A stretch of DNA of 64,000 nt from Rhina ancylostomus (lineage: Eukaryota), in contig JARFYF010000063.1 in assembly GCA_030265395.1 (NCBI GenBank), positions 104,958,240 through 105,022,239 of the forward strand, in the 5' to 3' direction. Below the pieces are notes generated by a model. The model was not told the DNA's origin. It saw nothing but the letters and a program-made list of their open reading frames with translations, and made no database searches. Positions 1-12,010 of the stretch are shown here, one piece after another. Position 1 is the first letter of the stretch, and each line of letters opens with the position of its first letter. A program made the translations under genes and the position numbers.

Positions 1-1239
1 ATGAATTCAGCATGCTGTCTACGACTAGAGGAACATGTGAATGCATTGCTCACCCTATTTCCTCTATGTCTGCTCTAAGACATAATCAAATTTCTGGACT
101 ACAATGTCAGTCATTTTGTATTTAGAAAAAAAAATGTGCTAACTCACTTTATGCTTACAGTTGCTGCATAATTGCTCAAAGCTGAGCAAGTATGGTTTCT
201 GACTCTGAAAAGGGTTAAAGTGAGGATTGATTGTAGCCAGATTCTAATCCTAATTGCAGATTAGTTGTTTTAAGTTGATGTATCTCATTCACTTTCAGGG
301 GCTCTGCCAGTTTAAGACAGCTGAGCACTGAGCATAATCAAGCTGCAGGGCATCAGTTTTGTTTTAAAGTGACACTATGAATAAAGCTCCATTCAGTTTT
401 ATTATTATCCAGTAACAAGGTTGATGGCTGTTCTAACCCTGATCGTATCTCCCAGAAGTTATGCGCTGTATCCAAATGTAGTGGTTACTTCAGGATGTTT
501 CTAAAAGATGTTTCTAACAATTATCATTGCTATCCTATGTTGATATTAAACAATATTTCTGAGTGTTTCTCATATGATATACTGCCATCCTCCTAAGGAA
601 CAAAAACCCACTTAATCATTAGTACTCTTGTGCTTAGTTCAGCTTTGAGATAACTTTGCGGTGTATTTTATATACTTTCTCTTCATATTTATTGGTATAC
701 ATCCACAATTAAAGGAGAAGTGAATGTACAATGGAGAAACTGAGGGACATTGTGGTTTTGGTTTGGACAGTCTTGCACATTGAGTATTTTTTTTCTTGAT
801 GGATACTTAACTCTCAGCTCACTCCATTGTGAATTATCACATAAAATATCATGTACTTTTGCTACAGCATTTCTGTGAGGAGGAATTATTTTGTTATTTT
901 ATGGAGGTGTGAAGGATTACGCCAATTTATTTATTCACGTCAATCAATTGACATCATTATGCCACCCAATATTTGCTCACCACTGTATTTGGCAGGCTCT
1001 TGAGGCACCTCAGAATCTTGCTGGATTGAAATTGATAACTCCTTGAGCTACTAAACATGGTGATGGGCAGCATCACTTCATGAAAGCTTAAAAGGGGAAG
1101 TGGGATGGGGAGCTGGGTGGGATTGTGATGCTATATGTCTATATACAGGGTTGTGTGTGAGAGAAAGGGAATATCTTGTCCCACTTGCTACATTCCCAAC
1201 AATTCAGTCAGATCAGTGCAGAAATATTCTCTTCCTTTT

Positions 1240-1630
1240 AGTACCTCAAGTCCTCATTCAGTACAGAAACAAGCCCCTTGGTCCACCATGTCCATTTAAG
1301 CCCTATCTTTACCAATCCCATTTACCAAGCCTACTATGCCTTGTTGATTCAAATGCTCATCCATATGCTGCTTAAGTGTTGTGAGAGTACCTGCCTCCAC
1401 TACCTTCCAGGCAGTGTATTCCAGATTGCAACCACCCACTGAGAGGGGGGAAAATCCTCAGTTCCCTTCTAAACCTCTTATTCCTCACCTTAAACCTATG
1501 CCCTCTGGGCTTAGACGCTCTTGCCTTGGGGAAAACCTTCTTACCATCATCCCTATCTATGCCTCTCATAATTTTGTAAATCATTATTAGGTCCCCCCTC
1601 GGACCCCTCTACTCCAAGGAAAACAAACCC
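1240..1630 (-). mobile_element. CR1 LINE 3' fragment
   Basis: Minus ORF 1372-1584 (YKIMRGIDRDDGKKVFP...PRGHRFKVRNKRFRRELR) is the typical CR1 ORF2 C-terminus. Confidence 0.9.
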
Positions 1631-1639
1631 AGTCAAATC

Positions 1640-1915
1640 CCAGAGACTACAGATGCTGGAATCTGGAGCGAAAAGCAAACTGCTAGAAGAAGTCCTCCCC
1701 CTCCTCCCTCTCCCACTTGGCGTCCCTTGCCTGACTTCATCTGCCTATTAACCACAATCATCTGGTTCCACCTATCACCTACCAGCATCTCTTTCCCTCC
1801 TCCCTCTCACCTCTTAATACTCTACACTCTTAGACCTGAAGTGTCGACCACCCTTTTGCCTCCACAGATGCTGCCTGACTTGCTGAGTCTCTCCAGCAGT
1901 TTGTTTTTTGTTCCA
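1640..1915. repeat. Chondrichthyan dispersed repeat with inverted arms (possibly Penelope-associated)
   Basis: The left arm agatgctggaatctggagcgaaaagcaaactgctagaaga is mirrored by ctccacagatgctgcctgacttgctgagtctctccagcagtttgtttttt. The same family recurs elsewhere in the window. Confidence 0.7.
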
Positions 1916-2299
1916 GTCTATCCATCCTCTCCTTAGAAATGAAACTTTCCATCCCATATTATTTTCCCGTCACCCTTTGTTTCAAAAAGTCTGAATGCGG
2001 GAAATGGATAAAACCATAACCCCACCAGCTCAATTTAAAAACTATACAAGGTGTAGAAAATACTCCACCCAAGAGGTAGGCATTGCAGTAAGTTGTCAAT
2101 AACCACTTAAATCCTTCCACCACCCATTGACCCCACCTCCTCTGCAAACTTCAGTTTCATTTCCCTGGGCCTGAGGTGCAACTGGCTGGATTTGAGAGGT
2201 TGGAAATACTGGTGCCCATAGACCCAATCTAGTTTGTGCCATAGTTTAGAGGGTGGAAGAGAGTCAAGCTGGTGCAGTCAATAGCCATTTTCCAATTTA

Positions 2300-3340
2300 T
2301 TTGTTCTTCAGAATTGGGTGTCACTGACAAGGACACCATATATTATCCATCCCTAATTGCACGAGAAGGCAGCAGAGAGCCATCTTCTTGAACTGCTGCA
2401 ATCTTTCTGTGAAGATACTCTGTTGTTGTGCAGAGAGTTCCAGGATTTAGTCAGTGATGATGAAAGACTGGTAGTATATCTCCAAGTTCAAAGATGCTGT
2501 AGTGGCATAACTGTTGGAGCTGTGGCCTTGCACCTCTTGGAACCCAGGTTTGATTTCCACCCCCCCCCCCCCAACCAGATATTATCTGCATGGAGTTTGC
2601 TCATTCTCCCAATGAAGAAAGAGTTCATGAGCATGAGAGAGGATAGGTTGAAGGGTGAATGAGAATTAATGCAATTTCTCTACTGGTTCTGGTATGATGG
2701 ATGGTTCTGATGGGTCAAACAGCATTGTGTGTTATAGTAAGTTGGTCAGTCAGGGTGCAATGCAACTTGGAGAAGAATCTGGAACTGGTGGTGGTTCCAC
2801 ACCTCTACTACCATGTGCTCCTTAGTGACAGAAGTTTGTGAGGAGCTTTTGGAATAGCCTGGTGAATACGTGCAGTGTATTTTGTAGATGCAACCTACAG
2901 CAGCTGCTTTATGTCACTGGTGGAGGGAATGTTCAAGATGATGCATAAGATCCTAATCAAGTGGACTGCTTTGTTATGAATGGTGTCAAGTTTCTTGTGT
3001 TTTGTTGGAGATGCACTTATTCAGGCAAGTGGAGAATATTCCATCACACTCCTGAATTGTAATTGTAGATGATGGAAAGGCTTTGGACTGTCAGGAAATG
3101 AGTCACTCATCCCAGGATACAGAGCCACTAACCTTTTATTGTGTCAATTGTATTTATTTGGCTTGTTCTTTTGAGTTTCTTGTTAATGCTGAAGCTTGGA
3201 GTATTGATGGCAGGGATCTTGGCAATGGTAACTTGAAGTTTCCAACAGGTGGTTATTACCCAGCAGTTCTGTTGTGAATGGTACTTGCTACATATCAGCC
3301 TGTACCTGAAAGCTTCGGGATTTTGCTGCTTACAGGACTG
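2300..3340 (-). mobile_element. Degenerate LINE (CR1/L2 group) RT C-terminal region, interrupted by a SINE
   Basis: The minus strand around 2955-3055 reads RSVMEYSPLA*ISASPTKHKKLDTIHNKAVHLI, a recognisable non-LTR ORF2 post-RT motif. Confidence 0.8.
2493..2725 (+). mobile_element. Degenerate tRNA-derived (V-SINE-like) SINE nested in the LINE
   Basis: A-box-like gtggcataactg, B-box-like ggtttgatttc, V-domain-like tctgcatggagtttgctcattctccc, and a CR1-like tail tgatgggtcaaa. LINE homology resumes after it. Confidence 0.7.
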
Positions 3341-4799
3341 GGTTGCTGCTTTTGCTGAAGCTTAGCAAATGGAATATCATGGAATCATTAGAGGGGAAGG
3401 GGGTGGGGAGGAGCATTTTGCTGTTGTCAGGGTGCTGGGGAAGAAGGCTCAAACCCAGGACTGGGCTGAGATTGGGAGCCGGTGATGAAGTGTCAGTAAG
3501 AATGGGAAGAAGTGGGGGATTGGGGATTGATGGTCAGCGCTGGGCCTCATAAACACTTGGTGAGTTGAGAGATTTGGGGGCAATTACTGTGCCTCAGGAG
3601 ATTGAAAGGATGGGAAAATAGGTTTGGTGGTTGGGTGGGAACAGGATGGAGAAAACTGAGTATGGGACTTGAACTGGGAGATGTTAGTCTAGCATATAGT
3701 ATTGTTGTTCTGTAAATTTTGAACAATGAATGGTTACTTCCAGGATAACATGATCCAAGTTCCCTTGCAATATTCTAAAGGGAGCATCTGCAGAGAAAAT
3801 GATGTCAATCCCAAGCATGACTGGTGTGGAACTGGGGCCAGGTGTGCAAGAGTTAACCATGTGCAAAGTGTCTGGTTGACTCTCTATGGAATGACTCAGT
3901 GACAAGTAAATAGCCATTATCACTTTTCAATGCAAGGAAAAATGGCTTGTAATCACTTAAAGCTGAATAAAATGCATTTTGTGCTTAAATTTCTAGACAA
4001 TGGAAACCTATACTCTTGAGAAGCCATTCAAGCCCAATCTGCTGTTCATCATTTTCCTCAGTTTTTTGCATTGTATATTTGTAATAACCATTTGTGTGAA
4101 AATAAATGACAACAGACCTGAAGAAGCTTTATCTAAATCTCACCACTGGTTATCAAACAACTTGTTAATAGAAACTGTTTTCCATTATTTGCTGTATCAA
4201 AGACCTTTTTATAATTTTGAAAACCTTGCTTGGGTCTCTCTTAAACCATCTACCTCCTAAAAAAGAATAATCATGGTTTCTTCAGACTCTTCAGAAAACT
4301 GTAGACCCTCATCACACTTATCATCCAAGTAAACTTCCACCGTATCTTCTCTAAGTCTTGATTGCTGAAGTATAGTGGCCAGATACATATGCATTAGTTC
4401 AGAGGATGTCTATCAGTGTAATTTAGCAGGACTTTTTTTTTGTTATTCAATGACCCTACTTGCAACTCAAGTGACCTGTTTTNNNNNNNNNNNNNNNNNN
4501 NNNNNNNNNNNNNNNNNNNNNNNNNNNNNNNNNNNNNNNNNNNNNNNNNNNNNNNNNNNNNNNNNNNNNNNNNNNNNNNNNNNNNNNNNAGTTAAATTCC
4601 ATCAGCTCTCCATTATTTCTGCTAATGCATCAAGTTGCATCTACCTTGTACCTGCTCTTTCAATCTACCTTTCTAATGTCTACTATAATCATCTTTGTCA
4701 CTACAATGTTTTGTATTATCTGCGAACTTAATTTGAATGTTACAAGAAAAGTAAACATTTTAATAACAATTCCCAGGGCATGCCATTGCATCATTCTCA

Positions 4800-5065
4800 G
4801 TAGAACATCTGTTCAACCGTTCTTTAGCTAGAGGGTCATGGATTTATGGAATACTTTGCCACATACAGCCGTGGAGGCCCGATCACTGGGGGGTGTTTAA
4901 GGAAGAGATTGATAAGTATCGATTTAGTCAGGGTATCAAGGGATATGGGGAAAAGACCAGGAATTGGGGCTAGATGGGAGAATAGTTCCGCTCATGGTGA
5001 AGTGGTGGAGCAGACTCGATAGGCCAAATGGCCTACTTTTGCTCCTTTGTGTTGTGATCTTGTGA
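4800..5065 (+). mobile_element. 5'-truncated CR1 3' end
   Basis: QRVMDLWNTLP-like motif (agagggtcatggatttatggaatactttgcca), then aagggatatggggaaaag and the gactcgataggccaaatggcctact tail with terminal ttgtga repeats. Confidence 0.85.
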
Positions 5066-5934
5066 ACTTTTTCCTTCAAGCTATTTTTAATGTGCTGTTA
5101 TGGCTTTAGAAGCTTTAACTCAACAGATAATAATTGTGTTGGCAAAACAAGGATGTGACCCTTTTCAGGATAAGTGTAAATACCTCACTGTCGGAGATAT
5201 CAGTCTATGTTTGATGCTGATGAACGGTTTTTCATGTAACATTCTTCTTTGGTTAATGATTTTGAATATTCAGTTATTAAATTCTGGCATAACTCTTGAT
5301 AGCTTTTACAATGGTGGCTTAATCTAGGATCTGGGGGCAAAATTCAATTACCTTGCTCCTTTTTTCTAAATGCCATGCTACTAATTTGCAGAAGAAATTT
5401 GTTTCCAAACTGCAAATGGGAACTAATAGCACATTGAAAATCTTGACCTGGCAATGAGCAAATGTAAAGAGCATGTAGCAAGTGGGCTGGTGATGTAATG
5501 ACAATGCAGAGTGATGTCAATCCTTTCAGTTGGAAGGTTTCCTGTGAAAATGAATTATGGATATGTTATTACCACTCTGCAGGGCACTTGTATGAAAGCA
5601 GGTGATGCCTGTCAAATCTGTGCTATGCAAGAGGGATCATAGGTCTCCCTTGGGTTTTTTTGGAAGAATCACCTGGATGACAGTAGATTTCATTCAAGGG
5701 ACAATAACACACACAAGGAAATTGTATGGAGTTGGAGTGGTTGCCTTGTGTATTTTGTGTAGTTCTTTGGGATTGCATCTAAACCATTGGTCAGAGAAAG
5801 TGGAGCACCCAAGGAGGCTGGCAACCAGACAAGCCCATCCACAAGAGTTGTCTGGGAGCTGTGCTTCTACTTCTAGCTCTCCAAGGGGCAAAGTATCCAG
5901 AGTCTAAGGTTTTCTAAATCACTGCTGATAGAAT

Positions 5935-6410
5935 TCAAAGAACTATGGAAGGAACGCATTCAGCCCAAGGATCCTGCTCTGGCTTTCTCCAAGAACAATC
6001 CACACAGACCCACTCCCATACACTTGCCACATACCTCTGTTTTTTTTTCTCTCTGTCCCCCTGGTGCTTATCCAATTCCCTCTAGAAAGTTGCAGTTAAA
6101 TTTACATCTACCATTTCACAAACCTGTTCAGGCAGGGAAAATATTTTTTGTATGCCAATCACCTTAAATCTGTGACCTTGATCCTCCCGTCAAAAGCAAT
6201 AGGTTCCCTTTTATTTGCTTTGTCCAGGATGCTAACTGAACACTTTTATTGCTTTATCGTTATGCCATCTTAATCAGAAGAACTGTTCCTGTCTATTCAT
6301 GAAACTGAATTTCTCATCCTTGGATCATTCTGCAAAGTCTTTTTTGCACCCTCTCTGACTCCTTTTACTATGGTGCTTTGACCAGAAATGTACACAATAC
6401 GCTAGTTGTA
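5935..6410 (-). mobile_element. Old CR1 3' fragment
   Basis: Diverged matches to the antisense CR1 tail (cattcagcccaag; ttatccaattccct; accttaaatctgtg; tttttgcaccctctc; tggtgctttgaccagaaatgtacacaatac). Confidence 0.65.
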
Positions 6411-7729
6411 GNNNNNNNNNNNNNNNNNNNNNNNNNNNNNNNNNNNNNNNNNNNNNNNNNNNNNNNNNNNNNNNNNNNNNNNNNNNNNNNNNNNNNNNNN
6501 NNNNNNNNNNNNNNNNNNNNNNNNNNNNNNNNNNNNNNNNNNNNNNNNNNNNNNNCCAACCTAGTGAGAGAAAGCTTCAGAATTGGTTTATGCATTTATC
6601 ATGACAATGATATATCAATGTTAAACAAACCAGACAGACAATCCAAACAAGTACAGCACTTACAGACCAGATCGGACAAAACAGCTGGCAGTAGTACATC
6701 TGTACATCTTCTGTGACTCTTGACCACCCTGACTTCTTCTAACCTGCTGATTGGTTCACCTCTTTTTAGCAAAAACAGTCATATACTGAAATATTTATAT
6801 CCCTTAACAGTATTGTTCTGCATTATACAGCTCTCTTTTGATCAATTTGTATCCTGACATAATTACAGAACTCGAGACTATTAGACTGTCAAAAGCCTTA
6901 AAATTCATGCATGGTTGAATAACGAGTTACTATTCATTCTTCTTGCTTTTAACACCTGCTTCCTTTGATTTCCAACTCTCATTGTAAAACTTCTTGAAAC
7001 TCTTGTAATCAGAATTCCTTGAGAATGTCCAGTGAAATCTGGCTGATGTCTCTTACAATCTCTATTTTGTGGTCTAAAGATTTTCTTTACATGTAAAATA
7101 TTCCTTGTTTGTCCTGATTTCCTGTTTCTTTTATTCACTGCCATTTGTTTACTGGTAGATTTATTTACACTTGCTATCATGCATGCATAATTACTTTGGG
7201 GCCAGGGAAATAATTTACATCTTCTAGGTCTTATTTTCTCTTGTGAACGACAGGTGTTTCTTTCCTAGACTGAGGTGTAATGTAAAGATGTTTTGTTAAT
7301 AGTTTAAAAGACAGAAGCTTTAAGTTTCTAGATTTAAAAAAAACACAGAAAACTATATGCATAAAATATGAGGTGTTAATGTTTTAAAAAAAAACTTGCT
7401 GGAAATACCCAGCAGGTTGAACAGTATCTGGGGAGAGAAATGGGAGGAAGGACATTTATGAAAATCTGTTCATTTTAAAAGCTTTTTGGATTGCTTTGAT
7501 CACAGAATGTTAAGTGGGATGGAGATTATTGGGAATTACATTTTAAACTGAAGATTCAGAGCAAGGAATACTTTAATTGCCTTGTAGTAGCACATTTGGG
7601 GGGAGAAAAGTAGCAACATGTTGCTTGGGAAATAGCGAAATAGACCATATTCACTAATAGGAATATGAATTTAGACCAAAAAATGCTAAAATGGAAACCA
7701 AAAGAATGATGATTAAAAGCTGATTTCAT

Positions 7730-8570
7730 CATGTCACCCCTTCTGTTTTGCCAATCACCTTAAATTTGTGTCCTCAACTCTTCAGTTCTGTTTCCACATC
7801 TACTTTATAATACATTGTGTCCTTTCCTCATTCTTCCAATAAAAGTATCTCAGCTCACTTTAATATTAAATTCCAACCAGCATGTATTTGCCTTTTCCAC
7901 CAACCTTCCTATATCCTCATTCACTGTCCACCTCATTGCTTATCACACTTTCAAATCTAGTGTCATATTGCAGATTTTTAAAAAAACTGTATCCTATTTC
8001 AACATATTAATATTCATCAAAAATAATAGTCCTAACACTGATCTTGGCAAATACATAATCCTTGATCCAACCAGAAAACAGCCTTCAGTATGATTGTTTC
8101 TTGTCCCTAAAGCAACTTTTTACCCCTGCTGCCACTGTCTCTTTTGTTTGGTGGACTTCAATTTTCGCCTCATTAACTGTGCTACTTCGTCAAAAAGCTC
8201 AAATAATATTAGTTAAATTTGATTTGTCTTTAATACATCCATGTTGGCTTTCTTTGTTTAATCCATTCTTGTGCAAATGATTATTCCTTTTGTCCATGAG
8301 TAGTGTTTCATCACCCTTAAGCTGTCCAAGCTGTCAGTGCTGTGTTTATCATTATATCTTCTTGTGAACATGGGTGTGGTATTTGCAGTCCTTGAGTCAT
8401 CTGGCAATACCCTTCCTCTAAAGAAGATAGGAAGATTATGGCCAATGTCTTGACAATTTTAACTCTTCTGTCAACAATCTAGAATGCACCCAATCTCAAC
8501 CTACTTAATACTAACAAAGTATAGCCAACCTTACTAATACCTGCACTGTACATTCTCTATATCTCTCTCA
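7730..8570 (-). mobile_element. Old CR1 RT-region fragments
   Basis: Diverged antisense CR1 motifs (gtgtcatattgcagattt, atttgcagtccttgagtcatctggca, ggaagattatggccaatg). Confidence 0.6.
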
Positions 8571-8663
8571 TCATCTTAGGGGCTCTGGCTCACTGCCTTT
8601 TACCCATAGTTATGAATGCACCTAGGCTGTCCCTGAACAATTTTCTCAACTTCTGTGTTCCTA

Positions 8664-8858
8664 GAACAGTTGAGTAAGATCTTTGAACATCCCTTGGCAC
8701 TGTCTAGGTGCCCTCAATCCAAGCATTGGCCTCTTTTGCTGTTTCTTCTCTTTGCTGCTTAATCTCATGAGGCTGTGGAGTGCCTCTTTCAGACTGTTAA
8801 ACTTTTTGACAAGATTACCAGGGTCATCATCACTGAATCTGGGGTTCTGCTTCTGTTC
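8664..8858 (-). pseudogene. Decayed Myb/SANT-like domain, probably from a Harbinger accessory gene
   Basis: Stop-free frame EQKQNPRFSDDDPGNLVKKFNSLKEALHSLMRLSSKEKKQQKRPMLGLRAPRQCQGMFKDLTQLF. It keeps the PRFSD..LE.LV start and R...QC...F.DL end of Harbinger/MSANTD-type Myb domains, but the central Trp helix is lost. Confidence 0.6.
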
Positions 8859-9034
8859 CTATGTCTGATCCTGTGCAGCTGTAACTCTTCACATTGGTTA
8901 ACGTGCTATGCAATAATTTCCAGCAGTTAGATATGACGGTAAGTTTCCTTTTAAGAACTGAAGTTATTTGCATCATTTAGCATTGGTTATTTTCAACTGT
9001 TACACAGCATTTAAGAAATTGTTTACAGGATCAC

Positions 9035-9625
9035 AATACTTACAGCATAGGAGGTGGCCATTCAGCCCATTGGGAGTCCATATCAGCTTCATGTAAGAAT
9101 AATCCAGCTAACCCAATCCCCTACCCTCTCCTCTTAGCCTGCATATTCTTTCCTTTCACAAATTTACCCATTTTCCCTTTGAGTACTACAATTGAATCTG
9201 CATTCCGGACTTTACCNNNNNNNNNNNNNNNNNNNNNNNNNNNNNCATGTCAGTTTTGGTTCTTCTGTCATCTTCATTCTGTGTCCTCTGGCAGTGGTGA
9301 CAGCCTATACTCTTTATGACTTATAAATACCTGTATTCTATCTTCTTGCATTTCAAGAAGAACAACCGTAGTTTGTCCAATAAAAGCAGAAAATGCTGGA
9401 AATACACCACAGCTCTGGCAGCATCTGTGGAGAGAGATGAGTACATGTTTCAGGTTGTTCATTCACCAGCATCTCCAATCTACATAACTAATGCCCCTCA
9501 TTCCTCGGATAATTTTGACAATCTCTTTTGCATCCTCTCCAGAGCTTTCATGTTTTTTCTAAAGTTTGGTAACCAGAGCTAGATACAATATTCCAGTATT
9601 TTATCAAGGTTCAGTGTGATGTCCC
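9035..9625 (-). mobile_element. Old CR1 3' fragment with an inserted short repeat (~9380-9460)
   Basis: ggaggtggccattcagcccatt tail and downstream CR1 antisense motifs. The insert is aaagcagaaaatgctggaaatac...gcagcatctgtggagagaga. Confidence 0.7.
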
Positions 9626-10390
9626 TACTCCTTTTTCACACCTAATGTACTGTCCAAGGTACAAGTGTGACAACTGTGCACTGACAGCATTGGGCCATAG
9701 AGCATCACATTCCCACTTTTGCACTATTATCTATAATCCCATATATATGTATATATGTTCTTGGTAGCAACTGAGACTCCTCACAGAATGAACCAAAAAT
9801 TTAGATTTGTTAAAAGCCAACTCAATTTTTGGACCCAGGATGTGTTTTTGTTTCATTAACTTAACATTTTTATTCAATTATCAGTGAGACAAATTCAGTG
9901 CAATCATATTCCTTTAATTAGCTTCAATGTTTAAGAACATGGATTTGTTTTCTGCTATTTTCTCATGGTTGTTTTATTTCAACAATAAATGTAAGTAGAT
10001 TTGATAGAAAATCATTGGAATTCAGTGTTTCAGTTTGATATTTAAGTAAATTATAGGTTGCTCTGTTTCTAACTTATTACTCTAAAGAGTTTATCAGGTT
10101 AGTGGAATTGATGCTTTAAGTGCATTCCACGTGGAGAGGGAAGAATGTACAAAAACAAGAAAGGCTGCTATGACTGTTGTTTTCTATACTATTATAAATA
10201 ACACTACTTTTAGAAACACAAGAGATTGTGCCAATGTTCCTGCAGCTCAGTGGTTGATTTTGAATTATCAGCTTTTCAGAAGCTTGCTAGCTCTAAGTTT
10301 ATATATTGACCTGATCTGGCTATGGTGTACTGCAGCAATACTTTGTAACCCAGATCAAGGGATGGGCTTTACTTATGATTGTTAGCAGGG

Positions 10391-11257
10391 TCATAGAGTA
10401 ATACAGCACAGAAACGGGTCCTTTGGCCCAACTCGTCCATGCTGACCAGGATGCCCATCTTAGCCAATCCCATATGCCCTTGTTTGGCCATATCCCTCTC
10501 AACCTTTGCTACCCATGCAGCTGTCTTTTTAAATGTTGTTATTGTACCTGCTTCAACCTCTCCCTCTGGCAGCTTGTTCCATACATGCACCACCCTCTGC
10601 ATAAAGAAGTTCACCCTCGGGTCCCTTTTTAAATCTTTCCCCTCTCACCTTAAACCTATACCTTCCAGTTTTTCATTCCCTTTCTCTGGGGGAAAAAGAC
10701 TGTGTGCATTTACCCTATCTATGCCCCTCATGACTTTATACACCTACAAGGTCACCCCTCAGTTTCCTATTCTCCAATGAAAAAAAGGTCCTAGCCTGCC
10801 CAACCTCCCCTGATAACTCAGGCCCTCAGGTCCTGGCAACATTCTCATCAATCTTTTCACTCTTTCCATCTTAATGACGTCTTTCCTATAACTGATTAAT
10901 CAAACCTGTACACAATACTCAAAGAGGTGGCCTCACCAACATTTTGTACAACTGCAGCATAACGTCCCAACTCCTGTACTCAGTACCCTGACTGAAGAAG
11001 GCCAGTGTGCCAAGTGCCGCCTTTGCCACCTGTGATGCCACTTTCAGAGAACTATGTACTTGTATTCCTAGATCCCTCTGTAGTATAACACCCTCCAGGG
11101 CTCTACCATTCACTATGAAAGTCCTACCCTGGTTTGACTTCCTAAAATGCTGCAACCCTCACTTATCTAAATCGAATGCCATTTGCCATTCCTTGGTCCA
11201 CTAACCGAGCTGATCACGATCCCCTGGCGCTCCTAGATAACCTTCTTCACTGTCCAG
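10391..11257 (-). mobile_element. Relatively young CR1 LINE, 3' ~0.87 kb
   Basis: ORFs 10919-11155 (QRDLGIQVHSSLKVASQV...MLQLYKMLVRP) and 10369-10614 (NFFMQRVVHVWNKLP...AGTITTFK), plus an intact CR1 3'UTR. Confidence 0.95.
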
Positions 11258-11439
11258 GGTGTTTAAGGTAGGTCATGGGCATCTGATTACTCGTAGTGAT
11301 CATAGAAGGGGTAATGCCTGTTACTTTTAAAAGAGGGTAAAACTTCTTGTTTACCCAATCAGGTAATACTAAACTTGTAGCAGTCCCTCTACTGACACTG
11401 TCATTAACTTCACTTCTAATTCCTATCTTTAGTATCTCT

Positions 11440-12010
11440 ATCCTCCAACCTGCTTTGCTTCAACATTTTTGAACACGTTATCAGCTCCATGTCAATCTCA
11501 TGAATTGTGCCTGGATCGCCTAATCTATNNNNNNNNNNNNNNNNNNNNNNNNNNNNNNNNNNNNNNNNNNNNNNNNNNNNNNNNNNNNNNNNNNNNNNNN
11601 NNNNNNNNNNNNNNNNNNNNNNNNNNNNCTATTTCTGTTATGCCCAGAAAACTGAAGTTTCCCTGACCGAAGTCATGAACAGCAAACCCTGTGATTAAAA
11701 TAGTGTTGCATTATTCCCTCCTTGACCTCTCTGCAAACAAATGCAGATCAGTCCGACTTGCTCTAAATTCATCTTCATTCCTTAACCATCTGAGACTGTC
11801 CTCCTCCTTGCTTCTGATTTTTCTTTAGCATTTGCCCTAGAGCAAGGGACTGCACGTATGGGGTCAAACTCCAAATATGCTCTGACGACTACCTTTTGAC
11901 CCCCTCCAATTCCTCCTGAACTAACAAACAGCTTGCCTGACATCCTGACTTCAGTTTCCCCAAGTAATGGATTGGGATGACCAAAGTCACCATCCATGAT
12001 TCCCACCACA
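11440..12010 (+). mobile_element. Degenerate L2-like LINE RT fragment
   Basis: ctccttgacctctctgca encodes LLDLSA; tatgctctgacgactacc resembles YADDT; agcttgcctgacatc resembles CLSDI. Confidence 0.6.

Noticed and set aside
5560-5910. GC-richer stretch with 101-aa and 65-aa overlapping ORFs
   Set aside because: No recognisable motifs. It is likely an unclassified old repeat, and I have no evidence to name it.
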